DNA from: Amoebidium appalachense
Lineage: Eukaryota; Protista; Ichthyosporea
DNA: 64,000 nucleotides
NCBI GenBank assembly: GCA_963693365.1
Contig: CAVNZM010000005.1
Location: forward strand, 11,245,728-11,309,727
Reading direction: 5' to 3'
Shown here in pieces: positions 1 to 37,002 of this stretch. Positions within the stretch are counted from its first letter, which is position 1; each line of letters begins with the position of its first letter. Made by a program: the position numbers and the translations under genes. Below the pieces are notes generated by a model. It did no database searches. It was not told where the DNA came from and was given only the letters and a program-made list of their open reading frames with translations.

Positions 1-545
1 AAGAAAACGTAGTGTGTGCGTGCTGGTTGGTGCACAGGTTGTGATTCATGTATGCCTGTGCATCCGATGTTCGTGTGTGTGTGCATGTGTGTGTGCATGT
101 GTGTGGCATGTGTGTGTGTGGTGTGTGTGTGGATGTCTGAGTGAGCGAGTATGTATGTGTGTCCATTTGTGTGTCTGTGGTTGTGTGCGTGTGTGTGGAG
201 GGGAAATGGGGGGGAGGACAGCCAATATTAGATGCGAGATGGGGTGATGAAGATAGGGCTGCTTCATGTGGACCGTGTGTATGAGTGTGTGTGTACGCGC
301 GGGCGCATGTATGTGTGTGTCTGTGTGTCTGTGTGTGTGTGTGTGGGGGGGGGGGGGGGGAGAGAGAGAGGGGGGAAGGGAGGGAGAGGGGTTGGGGGGA
401 GGGGGGAGTCCGGGGGGGGGGGAGTCCGGGGATGTGGTCCAAGTGCGCGTAGGTTATATTGTGTGCGTGTGTGTGTGTGGAGGGGGGTGGTGGTGAGGGG
501 TGTGTGTGTGGGGGGGAGGGAAAGGGGGGGAAGGGGGTGTTCAAC

Positions 546-4029
<3,484 letters not shown>

Positions 4030-5843
4030 ACAGCACCCCGCCAACAAGGCTCGTTTCGAAGTAGGTGTGTTTCTTGGTGGTGTGTGTAAAGAAAAAACGT
4101 CTGCTCGCCTCTGGCACTGCTAATACATGGGATAGTCGCCAAAAGAAATAGCAGGGCTTATTGTTCAAACGCCTGTTCTACTGTCAAGGCCGCTGGTTAT
4201 GTGATCGTGTCTACAGCGGCTTGGTTGATCTCGTACAAACAAACCTGGGAGTCAAAGATACCGTAACTTTGAAAGGAGCTTTGGAGTTTCCTCAGCAAGA
4301 AGAAAAAAAACTAAGCGAAAGCCTACTTTCTGGATATACTGTAGTTCTTGAGTAAGCTTCTAAATCCGGCTAAGCAGTCAAGTTGAAAGCCAACAAAAGG
4401 AGTGACAAGTCAACGAGCTTGCAAGAACGAATTTGAAAAGAAAAAAAAAAAATGAAAGGACGAGTGGGACAAAGAATCGAGAGCAGCCGCTGCCCTAGCC
4501 CACTTTGTGGGACATCACGTCATGGTGCTGAGCGCGAATCCCATCCGACAAGCTGATTGGCTCAGACTGTATCACTATAGGATCCCCCAAAACCTTCCTG
4601 TACCCAATGTAGTCGTATAATATAAACATGGAAAACGAAATTTCCGTCAGGCATCACGCTTTTTGAAGATTATTTTTTATTCTTTTGCTTATTTTTAGTC
4701 ACATGCACTCCTCTCTTTGCAACTGACACTCATTGGTTGACTCTCCTGTGGGAGTCGGGACTTACTCAAATGCGACACGTGCCGCCACGGAAACACATCG
4801 AGTTTAGGGGGGCTGATCCCCAGGAATGGCCCGTATAAATGTTCTTGAACTGTTGCACATGGCCCCTGCTCTTTTACCTATTAATTCATCATGCAACAAT
4901 TCAAAATATACACTACCTTTAAGCTTCTTATACATTTGCAGATATCCATAAGATAACTGATTTGGGTTCATTATACTGTCACACACTACCATGGATCACT
5001 TTTTGTGGTATTTTCCTTAGCCAATCGCCTTGTGCATTCCTCCTTTGATCAATAGCTGTTTTGATTCGCTGCGCATTCCCGCGACTTATCGGGGTTGGAA
5101 ATCGCCATCAGGAAAGATCAGGGAGAAAACACTTTGTTGGGAGAAGGGTGGTTCTGGATTATTTCTTTTGTTTATTTTTAATAAGCAATATGCCCTGTAG
5201 CGCTCTCTTATGATCATATATATATTACTTCTACCAAGTGTTGAAGTATTTTTTTTAGTTGCTAGACGGTAAGACGACTTTTGCTCCGTCAGCAATCCGA
5301 TGGGGAGTTCTTGTCGTTTCTATTTGGGTCGGTCCATCTACATCATGACATCAATCCAATCAATGCGAAGTACCTTGTACAGCAAGACCACGTGCACACT
5401 CACACGCGCTATGTACTAGTTTGGGGAGAACGATGTAAAGTTTGTGCAATCATTTGGAAAATGGCCCACTCTCGATCGCGATCGCCGGGACATGCTGATC
5501 GAGAAAGGGAAACCGGATAAAACAAGAAGCGTCATAGTATCAAGAAAGTTAGAACTCTAAGTGGACGGGCAACAGCGAGCAAGCTTGAGCAACATATGAA
5601 ATAAGGACAAATCACATGTAGTTTTAGGAAAAACACAGTATACGCAACGAAAGGCTCATGTGTTTTTTGTCGTTCCCGCGTGCAACGTTGCTTTCATGCA
5701 CCTTTCGTGGGTCTTGATTAGAACCGTGCGGGTCACCAGCAAGGAACTGTGTGGTTACAGGCATAGGACACAGATATACTGCAGTTACTTTCTGTAGACC
5801 GTGCGGGCGGGGTGTGAACTGGGCCGTAGACGCGTGTGGCGCC

Positions 5844-14312
<8,469 letters not shown>

Positions 14313-14823
14313 GTCGCGCGTGGTTGAACATGTTGCCGGTCGCCACGGCAGACACGTAGAATAGTTTCTTGCATGTGCATGCACATGCACGTACGAACCG
14401 GTGTTCTGTTTCGAAAGGAGCTGCTTGTGTCTTGATTGTATGTCTCTGTTAGTGATCGTATTTTGATGTCATCGCTATTGGATGCATTGCCCCCTCTGTT
14501 AATCCGCACACACACGCACAAACACACACACACGTAACTTTACATGGACGTGGGTTCTGCACATATCCGACATATGAATCCGGCGTCCGGATCCCCGGCG
14601 CCTCCTGCTGCGCACTATTTTCGAAGTGTGTGCCATTTTTCTGTTCAAAATGTCTTGTAATTTAGGTCAAGGTTGTCCAGGCCAATTCGGCATGGATTTG
14701 TGTGCCCAAGGCATGAAGATAGCAGGGTCCATTTTTTTTTCCCTGGCCACTTTTCAAGTAGGTGTGTGGGCGACGATGGGTGGTGGTCGTGGTTGTGCAG
14801 GCGGTGAGGGGGAGGAGGGAAGG

Positions 14824-14860
<37 letters not shown>

Positions 14861-16126
14861 TTTCAAGGGGAATTGAGTTTTATAGTTGGGTTCGGCCACT
14901 GCACGGATATCACATGTAAATAAATCATTGGAATTTCTTGCAGGCGCTATTCACTTTCTCAGACGTCTAGGTCACATCGTGCAATAATGGCTGTGACACG
15001 TGATCCGCATACTTCCATGACTCAGTGTACGTGTGTGTGTGCTTGCAATTAAGTCTTGTGTGCGGGCGCTCGCGCCTGCCAGTAGTATGTAAGTCGTGTT
15101 GGAGCCGACTCAGTCTGCAGAGTTTGTTTTTTTTTCCATTGGTTTAGCGCTCGGCTTCGAGCCCATTGCGCGACAACCGCCCTGAAGTCGTGTTTACAGA
15201 ATATGATCGCCGCGGTACAACTCCTACATGTCACGTTGCGCAGCTGCCATCCTGCCAGCCTGCAGGCTGGGTGCGCTGCACTGCGGCACTGCCGTGTGGC
15301 CAGGCTCAGGTTGGCCGACTCACCGAGTCGACAGTGGTGTCGTATACTACGATGGCGCTAATTGTTGCCTAGCATGTACATATGTCACTAGCTGCATTTG
15401 ATTGGCTGCGCTGGAAAACGCAGTAGGCCGTCGAGTCTGGCTGGGCCCCCGGCAGTGTCCACGCAACTTTGAAAAGTGTGTAAACCCCGAGTCGACAGCT
15501 GTCAAAACCTCAAAATGAACGAAGAGGAGGGTAAAAATGGGCAAATACCTGAACAATGCGTCGATAGCCAATCAACACGCACTGGGGTTACGGGTATTGT
15601 TCAAAGTGTAATGTTGTTGGGTTGAGCTGGAGCAGCTGGAGCACGCTTGTTTGTCTGTGCCGTTACCTGCTGTTAACACAGTGTACAGTCACACTACTGC
15701 ATGTACGATACGTATACTGTTTACTGAGCAGGCTATTCTAGTTATTATACCGAGTTGCCGAATTCGCTACATAGTCTCATTCTGTCGTCGAGCGCATATG
15801 TGTCTGGCCAAAGGAGACCAATCTACCACCCTCAACTTGGTCCATGTTGAGATCGAAATGTGTTGAATGACTTGGTGGCATCCGGATGACGCTAACTTCA
15901 AGCTTTTGTATTTTTATAATACACAGACAGGAAAAACACAACCAGTAAAGCACGACCAGCTTTTGCTTTTCATAGCATCCTCTGTTGAAGCTCTTGCAAG
16001 CACATCATCAGTGCAGCCCTAAACATCACGTCAAGTGATCCTGCCCAGCATTGTTCCCTCCATCTTCAAGCCTTTTATTAAAATCAAACCGGTGCCAACA
16101 AACTGCGTTAGACTATATATTTAGGA

Positions 16127-17094
16127 ATGAGGCTGCTCCAAAATACCATAGCAGTTTTCATATGCATCGTGGGTTTAACCTTTTCAAAACCAGTCCTAGC
16201 GGTCGTTAAGAGCTCGAGGGTTAAAAGTACGTATACCCACCACCGCCCATCACATACCCGTCCCACCGACTGCATCACAGTACTAACATACAACATTTTC
16301 GACCGCCCCTTTGTGGCTGGCCATGACGGACAAAACGAACGCATAGAGCGCATACCTGCCGCCATTCATTCCGCAGCACCCGATGCAGATGTCTTGGTTT
16401 TTCAGGAGGCATTTCGTGACTGCTCCCGCCTTAAGGTACAGAACACACTGAGGGAATACAACTTCACCTACTTCAGTGAAGTTACGAGAAAGTGGGATGT
16501 GGCTGAGGATGGTGGCACCTTCATAGCGTCACGATTGCCCATTCTTGACAGCAAAACACACGTTTATACAGACTGTACTCGTTCAGACTGCCTTGCAGCC
16601 AAAGGGGCTGTTTATGCAAAAATCCAGTCAGCCTCAGGCCGGACGGTGCATGTTGTGGGCACACACCTGCAGTCCTGGTCAGGGCCCAGAGCAACGGACG
16701 TGAGACGCAAACAGGTAGGAGCACACACATATATGTATGATTTTGCGTCCTGAGTTTCTTTTTTACATGGCACTAGCAGGTGGAGGGCATTTACTGACAA
16801 TGTCCTTACCTTGTCGTGTAGGCTGCGCATCATCGATTGCACATGCTGCTCCGTTATCCACAGAACGAAGAAAAGGGAGCACGCCTGCATAGACTTTCAA
16901 TAGCCAGTCAACATTTTTCTACGCACATGCGTGAGTGTCTGTGTTGGTGAAGTCCCGGGGGACGAGGAGGGTGGGGGGGGGGGGGGGGGGGGGCAGAGAT
17001 CCTGAGAGGGGCAGCAGCAGTTTGAGGGGCTTTTTCTTTCTTTCTTTTCCTTTTCCCTTTTTTTTTTTTTTTTTTTTTGGGAGGGGGGGGGGAG

Positions 17095-17126
<32 letters not shown>

Positions 17127-18023
17127 AGGGGGGGGCACAGAATGCATCCGAGCCCATTATGCAATTATAGGAACACTACCACATTATTCAATTGTCGGAA
17201 TACAAATGGTAATCACCACCCAAACCACGGTCAGGCAAAAGAATTGCAAGCGTTCCTTAAGGCGCAGAACCCAACACCGCAAGACCTTGTGGTTTATGCT
17301 GGGGACCTGAACACAGACGAGCTGACAGACCCGAATGAGGCAACTACCCTGCTGGGCATACTTAATGCCACACTGCCAAGCTACAAAGTCCGTCCGGTGT
17401 GTGCTCCCTCCGTCGTATATGCTACAATTCATGTCATCTGTCGTTTTAGATTTCGAATGACATGCATTATGATACTGAGATCCATGATACTGCGGCAGGC
17501 TAACTAGTGACAGGGTGTTGGATTATTAATACACCTAAACTCATAGCACAAACTTAAGATAAGAACTGTCTGACTCACAAGCACCACCCAACATTGACGG
17601 TCATGATCAAACACTACCGCATATCTACGTGACTGGCAAAATAGAACATGTGCCCAAGGAATTACACACAGCTCATGGCGCCCACCACAGGTAACTTGGG
17701 ATCCAAAGCACAACTTCCTGGCAGGAAACAGTGGGGAAGCAGAGGAAGGAGGCTGCCAGGCAACCTATGAGGCCGGAGTGAGTCCATGCACTTGCTGTCG
17801 GAGTGAATGGCTCGATTATGTAGTGTACAGCGATGCACATGCAAAGCCGGTCAGCTCCGAGATAGTGGCTCTCCCGCTTCGTGCAGAGCAACCATTTGGG
17901 GCCTGCATGTATGCGAGAATGCAGCCCTGGCACGTGCCTGCTGACTCGTGGTGGTGCGCCGCCTCCCGCACTATTAATGATCTATCAGACCACTACCCCC
18001 TCAAGGCTCGCATCTGTTTTTAA
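16127..18023 (+). CDS. Secreted neutral sphingomyelinase C-like enzyme (endonuclease/exonuclease/phosphatase superfamily), 3 exons, ~357 aa
   Basis: Exons 16127-16714, 17235-17387 and 17691-18023. Hydrophobic N-terminal signal peptide. All EEP/SMase catalytic motifs are present: LTYNI, VFQEAF, DCLAAKGAVYAKI, VVGTHLQS, YAGDLN, WLDYV, LSDHYP. Confidence 0.85.
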
Positions 18024-18219
18024 CTGTATAATGATTAATGTGACGTGGAACACTATTGAATAGTTTGATGCTTGTCAACTTGAGACATGAATGACATTAC
18101 GTTTAAAGCCAAGCGCACGAAATGTGATCGTAATTTAACCCTCCCTGTGATGGGTTATTGAAATGAAGAATTCTGAGACCACGGTTACTCGTGTTGGCGG
18201 GGAGGGGTTCGTGTTGACT

Positions 18220-19790
<1,571 letters not shown>

Positions 19791-20198
19791 CTATTTCTAT
19801 ATACAGCCCCAAAGCATTCTGTTGTTCCCGCTCATCCTCCGACTGTTCACAACTCTTTTGAATTCAAAGCCTAAAAGTAAGCCCGAACCCAAAGTTTCAA
19901 GCCCTTCTTGAAACAAGGTTGAATATCGAGCCCTGGAGTGGTGATGTATTAGCCAATCAATATGGATGTCGGGTAGGCTAAAAAAGGCAAGTGAGCAAAG
20001 TTCAGGCCGGCGGCCGGCGACCTCGTTTTTTGGTGTGAAAGCTGTACAGTAGAGGAAACCACGGCCAGCCGGGCCAGTCAGGCCCTATCTGTGCCGTGTG
20101 CGAGTTTTAAATACAATGTGAAGACAGAGAATCTCGGGCTGTCAAACATCGGCATGGCTACCAGAGACCCTCGCTTTTTTCGAAGTTGCTCTGTGGGG

Positions 20199-20275
20199 AC
20201 AGGGCGGCTAATTGCAAGGCCTCCTAATCTCCCCTCCAAGGGAGATTAGCAGGCCTTGGCTAAATGGCGGCCTGT
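20199..20275. other. Strong isolated inverted repeat / hairpin
   Basis: Core 20215-20258: CAAGGCCT-C-CTAATCTCCC-[CTCCAA]-GGGAGATTAG-C-AGGCCTTG, giving 18 bp with one C:C mismatch. Outer ACAGG/CCTGT pairing extends it imperfectly. Confidence 0.75.
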
Positions 20276-20391
20276 GGCACCATCCAGCTGCCCATTCCGG
20301 CACACACACGGGTAAGTTTCAGTGTGCGCTCCTTGCCTGTAGTCTGTATCCCCTCCCCTCCCCCCCCCCCCCCCCCCCCCCCCCCCCTCTC

Positions 20392-20425
<34 letters not shown>

Positions 20426-20573
20426 CCCCCGCCCCAAAAAAAAGAGCACCTCTTTCTTTCCCGCTGAACACCTCCCTGACCCGTCGTGGTCACTATCTTT
20501 CCATACCACTGTGTTAAACAAAGAAGAAAACTTAGGCTCATTTGGGAGCCCCCCCCCCCCCCCCCCCCTCCTC

Positions 20574-20604
<31 letters not shown>

Positions 20605-21786
20605 CCTCCCCCAATTAGCAGGCAAAGAAGAAACAAGAGCACCCCACTAGCCCCGCCCACGCTGCCCCTCAACAGAGGCGCGCAGCGGCACATTATTCCA
20701 CCTCCTCACACCACCCCAAATACATTTTGTGGTCTGCACGTGCACAAGCGTTTGCGCACATACGTGCACCTACACCTCCACAGATGTTACACCTTGTCCT
20801 CTTGGTGTCAAACTTCCGCCCCTCCCCCTTAACCCCCCCCCCCCCCAACAAATAAAAAGCGCCCCCACCACCACGAAAACAGCAAACAAACTAGGAAGGC
20901 TAAAAAGCCAGGGGAGGATGGATTATTAAGCCTGCCCACACTTACGGATGCTCCATACAGAGAAGTCGATACAACTTGACACACACACACAAGCTAACAC
21001 GCGAGTGCAAGCACACACACTCACAAACACACACACACAACCCGTACGCGTCGCACACGTGCACATACATGCTTACAAACCCATTCTCATACATGCACAC
21101 GCATGCACACACACAAAAATAAATTACACTCCTGAATACGTACACCTCTTGACACCCCATTGACCCCCTTTCCCCCCTACTGTGTTCATTTACCTTTACT
21201 CTGTCCGTGTGTTCTCCGTTTTCGTTTACTCGGATTTTGAAAGTCCTGCTTGCTCTACATCTTTCTCTCTCTCTCGTCACCCCGAGGCTCAGCTGCTCCC
21301 TTACACCTCCCCTCCACCGTTTTCTTAACACACAACCTCCACACAGCATCCACCAGAATTGACTTCCTTTTCCCAAAACATTATTCAACCCCAACTTCAA
21401 ACAGCCCATCACTACCACTTTGCCCAGTTCTTTTTACCCACACAACCCATGGCTGCCGTTCCTTTCAGCTCACCGCCTTCTCCCTCAATGTCCCTTTTCA
21501 GCCACTGTGACCACCACGTCCGGCTCCCTCTCACAGGCTCTCTGTGTTCCTGCCACTGCCTCACAGCCTACTTTATTTTCTACTCCAGGCTCCCTCCAGT
21601 CCACGTCTCCCTGAAACCACGCCTCCTTCCGCTCATGCCCCTTCACACCCAGCCTCGCGTTACGGATAGAGGAACACTATATCCGCTTATCTCAAGTCTA
21701 TTTTCGCTACCCCTCTGCGCTTGCCTACACTCTCCTTCCCCCAAACGGCCCTCCAACCCCTACTAACAACCCCCCCCCCCCCCCTC

Positions 21787-21842
<56 letters not shown>

Positions 21843-21863
21843 ACATACAGACACACACACGCA

Positions 21864-21902
<39 letters not shown>

Positions 21903-22276
21903 TCACACACACCAGCCTGGCTTATCAATTCGTGACGTAACTCGCTGCCCGAATATTCAAGCGGTGAAACCCATTTTTATATACGTATTGTGAATGATCA
22001 AATTAAGCTATTTATAAAGTTTAAAGTTTTATCTCGCCAGTATTATACAGATCTGGTAGACACTCTCGATATTAATATCATGCAGGCATTATGGTCATTC
22101 AGGATTCGGCGGGATTTCAGACCTTCCAAGGGCCCGTGTTGACCGTTGAAGTTGCTACTGAAGGCGTGTGCAAACAGATTTCCATGCAAAAGTAATTTCA
22201 TACCACAGTCGTTGAAACAAAACATTTTTATTACCCTTCCTAGTTTTTTACTGCTCTCCACACTTCTGTTTCAAGA

Positions 22277-33365
<11,089 letters not shown>

Positions 33366-34218
33366 GTGGTGTGGAGGGCTGCTCTCAACCCTTAGCCTAG
33401 CCGGTGTGTGCCCTTTTCCGAATGCCCCCCCCCCCCCCCCCCCCCCTCCCCCCCTTCCTCCTCACCCACAAACACACCCACACACACCCACACACACACA
33501 CACCTGCTCCCCCCTCTTGCCCGGCGCTTTCTGGCTCTCCCCCCTTTTTGTGTTTATGCTTGTGTGAACAAAGAAAGACCGAGGCAGGGGAAGGAGCCAC
33601 CGGGAGCGGTGACACGAGAATGGGACGGAAGAGGCGGGAGGGTGGGGGGTGGGGGGGGGGGGGGGGAGGGGGGGAGGGGGGAGGGGGGGCGACAACCCCA
33701 CGTAAATTTATATTGCAAAAAAATTCAGGATAGTTTCTGACTTAGATTTTGGGGTGCAGGGTCAGACCAAGGGCGGTCGGAAAGATGATGTATCGGAGGA
33801 TCATGATTGGTGGAGGCGTGCAAATGGAAAGCAAAGGAGGAGACGGTTGGCAGTGTTTTAATTGGCTGGAGGAATCTGGGAGGAAAATTTGTATTGGTGA
33901 ATTAAGTAGGGCATAGCAACCGCTTATAAGGGGGAAGGTTCGTGAAAGCCTGGCCATGGTGCTATGCTTTGATCTTTCGTCTGTTTCTTTTCTGGTTTGC
34001 CCATATGGATTAGCAACTATGAAGCTACATCATAGTGAATGGCGCCTTTATTTGGGAACTGTAAGCCCCTGCAAGGAGAAAACCAATTAGGAAAAACTAT
34101 ACGCCAGCTTCCGTTTGTGTGTTTATATATACGTACGAAATCTTTCTTATTGGGTTTGCAGCGCAATTAGAAACTCTTTTTTTTTTTTTTTTTTTTTTGG
34201 GGGGGGGGGGGGGGGGGG

Positions 34219-34668
34219 ACTGGGTGATTTAAGTCCCAATCACTCGTGTGTGTACACAAGCGTGCATATGTAGACTATAAATAACGCTTTGTGTGTAGTG
34301 TAGATTCGATAAAAAAAGAACATAAAAAAACTAAAAAGAGTTTTTAAATAGGGGGGGGGGAACTGGATTATCATGTGGTAACTCGTGTATATGTAAACTT
34401 TAAATAGTGTCTTATGTGTAGTGTAGATTCGATAAAAAAATAAAAGTAAAAAGTGAAAATAAAAAAGATGAAAAAAAGGGTGAAAACCGGGCGATGTACA
34501 TCGCAGTAACTCGTGTGTATAGAATTGGGGATATGTAGGCTATAATAGCAACGCCGTGTGTGTATTACAATGTATATTCGATAAATATAATATATATAAA
34601 ATAAATAAAAATAAAATGATGATATTAAAATAGAAAACCGGGTGTACTGGTGTAAGTAGATTCGATAT
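34219..34668 (+). repeat. AT-rich tandem array, ~130-bp units (three plus a partial), each ending TAGATTCGATA plus an A-rich tail
   Basis: Recurrent ACTCGTGT..ATATGTA..TGTGTAGTGTAGATTCGATAAAAAA blocks at ~34242, 34381 and 34509, with a partial at ~34636. Confidence 0.75.
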
Positions 34669-34805
34669 CATTGAATGAGTGCAAAAGTGGTCAATAGATA
34701 GAGCACTGGGTAAAAACCTAAAAATGAAGACTATTTGCTTGAAGTTCCTGAGTCAGCCCATGTGCACCTGTCTGCTTCCACGTGTTCATGTTGCTGGCAA
34801 TGAAT

Positions 34806-34865
<60 letters not shown>

Positions 34866-34953
34866 TGTGTGTGTGTGTGTGTGTGTGTACATGTGTATGT
34901 GGTTGTGTATGTGTGTGCATCATGCTCTTATTATGTGTGCACGTGTGTGTGTA

Positions 34954-34993
<40 letters not shown>

Positions 34994-35280
34994 TCTGTGT
35001 GTCTGTGTTTCTCTCTCTGTGTGTGTCTGTGTGTTTGTGTGTGTCTGTGTGTGTGTGTGTGTGTGCATGCATCCATCGTCGGTATGTAGGTCACGGGTTC
35101 GAACAAAGTGGGTTTGCGTATGTGAGTGACGGCCGGGTAGGTGCAGTGGTTACCGTATTTCGGGTAGGCTGCAAGTGATGCCACCGTGGGTGTGTTGGGC
35201 CGCATGAAGGAAAGGGCAGACCGGGTCCTCGAGGGTGGATGGAAATAGAAGGAGGGGGGTGGGGGGGGGGGGGGGGGGGG

Positions 35281-35460
35281 TTGAATGTGTCTCAGAGTGC
35301 GAAGTACACATTCACAACGGATCACACAATGCAGAGCCTCAAACCACACATAAAAGAGTATGCATAGTAAGCAGAGCCCATCATTAGGCCGGAGGGAGCA
35401 CGTAATCCACAGTAATAGAGTTTCGACCCACTCACGTCTTCGACGAAACCCAACTCAGTT
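35281..35460 (-). repeat. Minus-strand, 5'-truncated copy of the dispersed structured repeat
   Basis: Reverse complement: CTGAGTTGGGTTTCGTCGAAGACGTGAGTGGGTCGAAACTC..TACTGTGGATTACGTG..GATGGGCTCTGCTTACTATGCATACTC..GTGTACTTCGCAC..ACATTCAA-C(n). Confidence 0.8.
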
Positions 35461-35470
35461 GTGTGTGTGT

Positions 35471-35537
<67 letters not shown>

Positions 35538-35654
35538 ATATGAAGTTCAGTCATCACAAACTGATCAGGCCATGTGGCTCAGAGTGAGTTTTAAGAAGTT
35601 CTTCTTTACCCCCACCGTAGGGGGGCCAGGTTTTGGGGGGGGGGGGGGGGGGGG

Positions 35655-35691
<37 letters not shown>

Positions 35692-36584
35692 AAGTCGGAT
35701 GTCAAGCATGGGTTGGCTTAGTGAACGTAGCCTACGTACGGTTTGGGACAGGGGCTTGGTTCTCTCTGTGTGTTTGCATCTGTGTCTGTGTGTGGGCCGG
35801 GGTGGCCGGGCATCGAGCGGGGAAGGGGGGGGCGGGGGGAGGGGGGGGGGGGGGGGGGAGGGCAGTCAAAATGAGTTTGCGTTGTAAATGGGCCAGAATC
35901 TAAGGGAAGGCCAATCAGCACCACTAATCATTATTTGCTACCAGAACACATGTGTGCCCGTGGAGGTGCATGGTTATGTGGTGGTGCTGCCTCAGCCAAA
36001 CATGCAGACACCTCACCACCCGTCACACTGCAACACTCGCATCACTCCCTTTCAACATATTGCCACAGCAATCATTTCATGCAACGATACTGAGCATTGA
36101 GGAGCATGAGACTGAGAGTTATAATGAATGGGTGGTTCCGATGGGCAGTGGGGAACGTGATTTTGGGAAAGAAGAAGGAGAAGGGGAGATGGGGAAGGGG
36201 GGATTGGGGGAGGAGGGGAGAGGGGGGGGGAGGGGGGGGGAAGGGGGAAGACTGCAGCCTAACAACTGGATACAACGACAGAAAAACATACAGAACATCA
36301 GAAACTTGAGTGAGCAACACGCCTACAGTAGTGTGGGCTCACACGAGTTCTATGTGTCACTGTAGCTGGGTTGTGGCAAGTGTTTCAAATTGGGTGTGTT
36401 TGGTTGTTCAGGGTGAGCAGGGAAGGGGGGAGGGAAGGGCGGAAGGAGGGGAGGGAGGGAGGGGGGGGGGGGGGGGGGGGGGGAAGGGGGGGGGGGGAAA
36501 AGTGGGGAGGGGGGAAGGTCTTGAAGGTACGCCGGGGGGGGGGGGGGGGGGGGGGGGGGCTTGGGAAGTAAACAAAGTTGGCCA

Positions 36585-36748
36585 TGATAGGCAGAAACAT
36601 CGTATTGATATAGCATGGTTGTGTAAATCTATATCAAAGGGTGGTAACCTGCCATAATCGGTCAAATAGTCAAACTCCATATGCCCGGTACAATTGCACC
36701 CTCCTAATCAGTGTGTACTTATTCTGATTGCATCCAATCTGCCTATTA
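36585..36748. mobile_element. Possible small TIR element remnant
   Basis: TGATAGGCAGA / TCTGCCTATTA inverted pair (10 of 11 match), with GCCA/TGGC just outside. Single copy in the window. Confidence 0.3.
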
Positions 36749-37002
36749 CTGGCTGTGCCTCGCCAATTCAGACTCGTTGATTAATTTCTTTCTCCAATCG
36801 TACGCGTCCTGCCCCCTTACGACCCCCCATCCCCCCTCCCCCCCTCCCCCTCTTCTGCCCCGGGAAAGTACTATGTACAACACCCCCCCCCCCCCCCCCA
36901 AAAAAAAAAAAAAAAAAAAAAAAACAGAAAGAAAAAAGAAAACGTGCACCTCTTTACAAGCACCATTTGAAATAAGCCACACCCCCCAAACAACATACTG
37001 AA

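Noticed and set aside
33742-33957. 71-aa minus-strand ORF
   Set aside because: No homology cues; the region looks like a CCAAT-rich regulatory stretch.
35088-35110. tRNA gene (GGTCACGGGTTCGAAC T-arm-like motif)
   Set aside because: No complementary T-stem 3' strand, acceptor stem, D-arm or anticodon arm.
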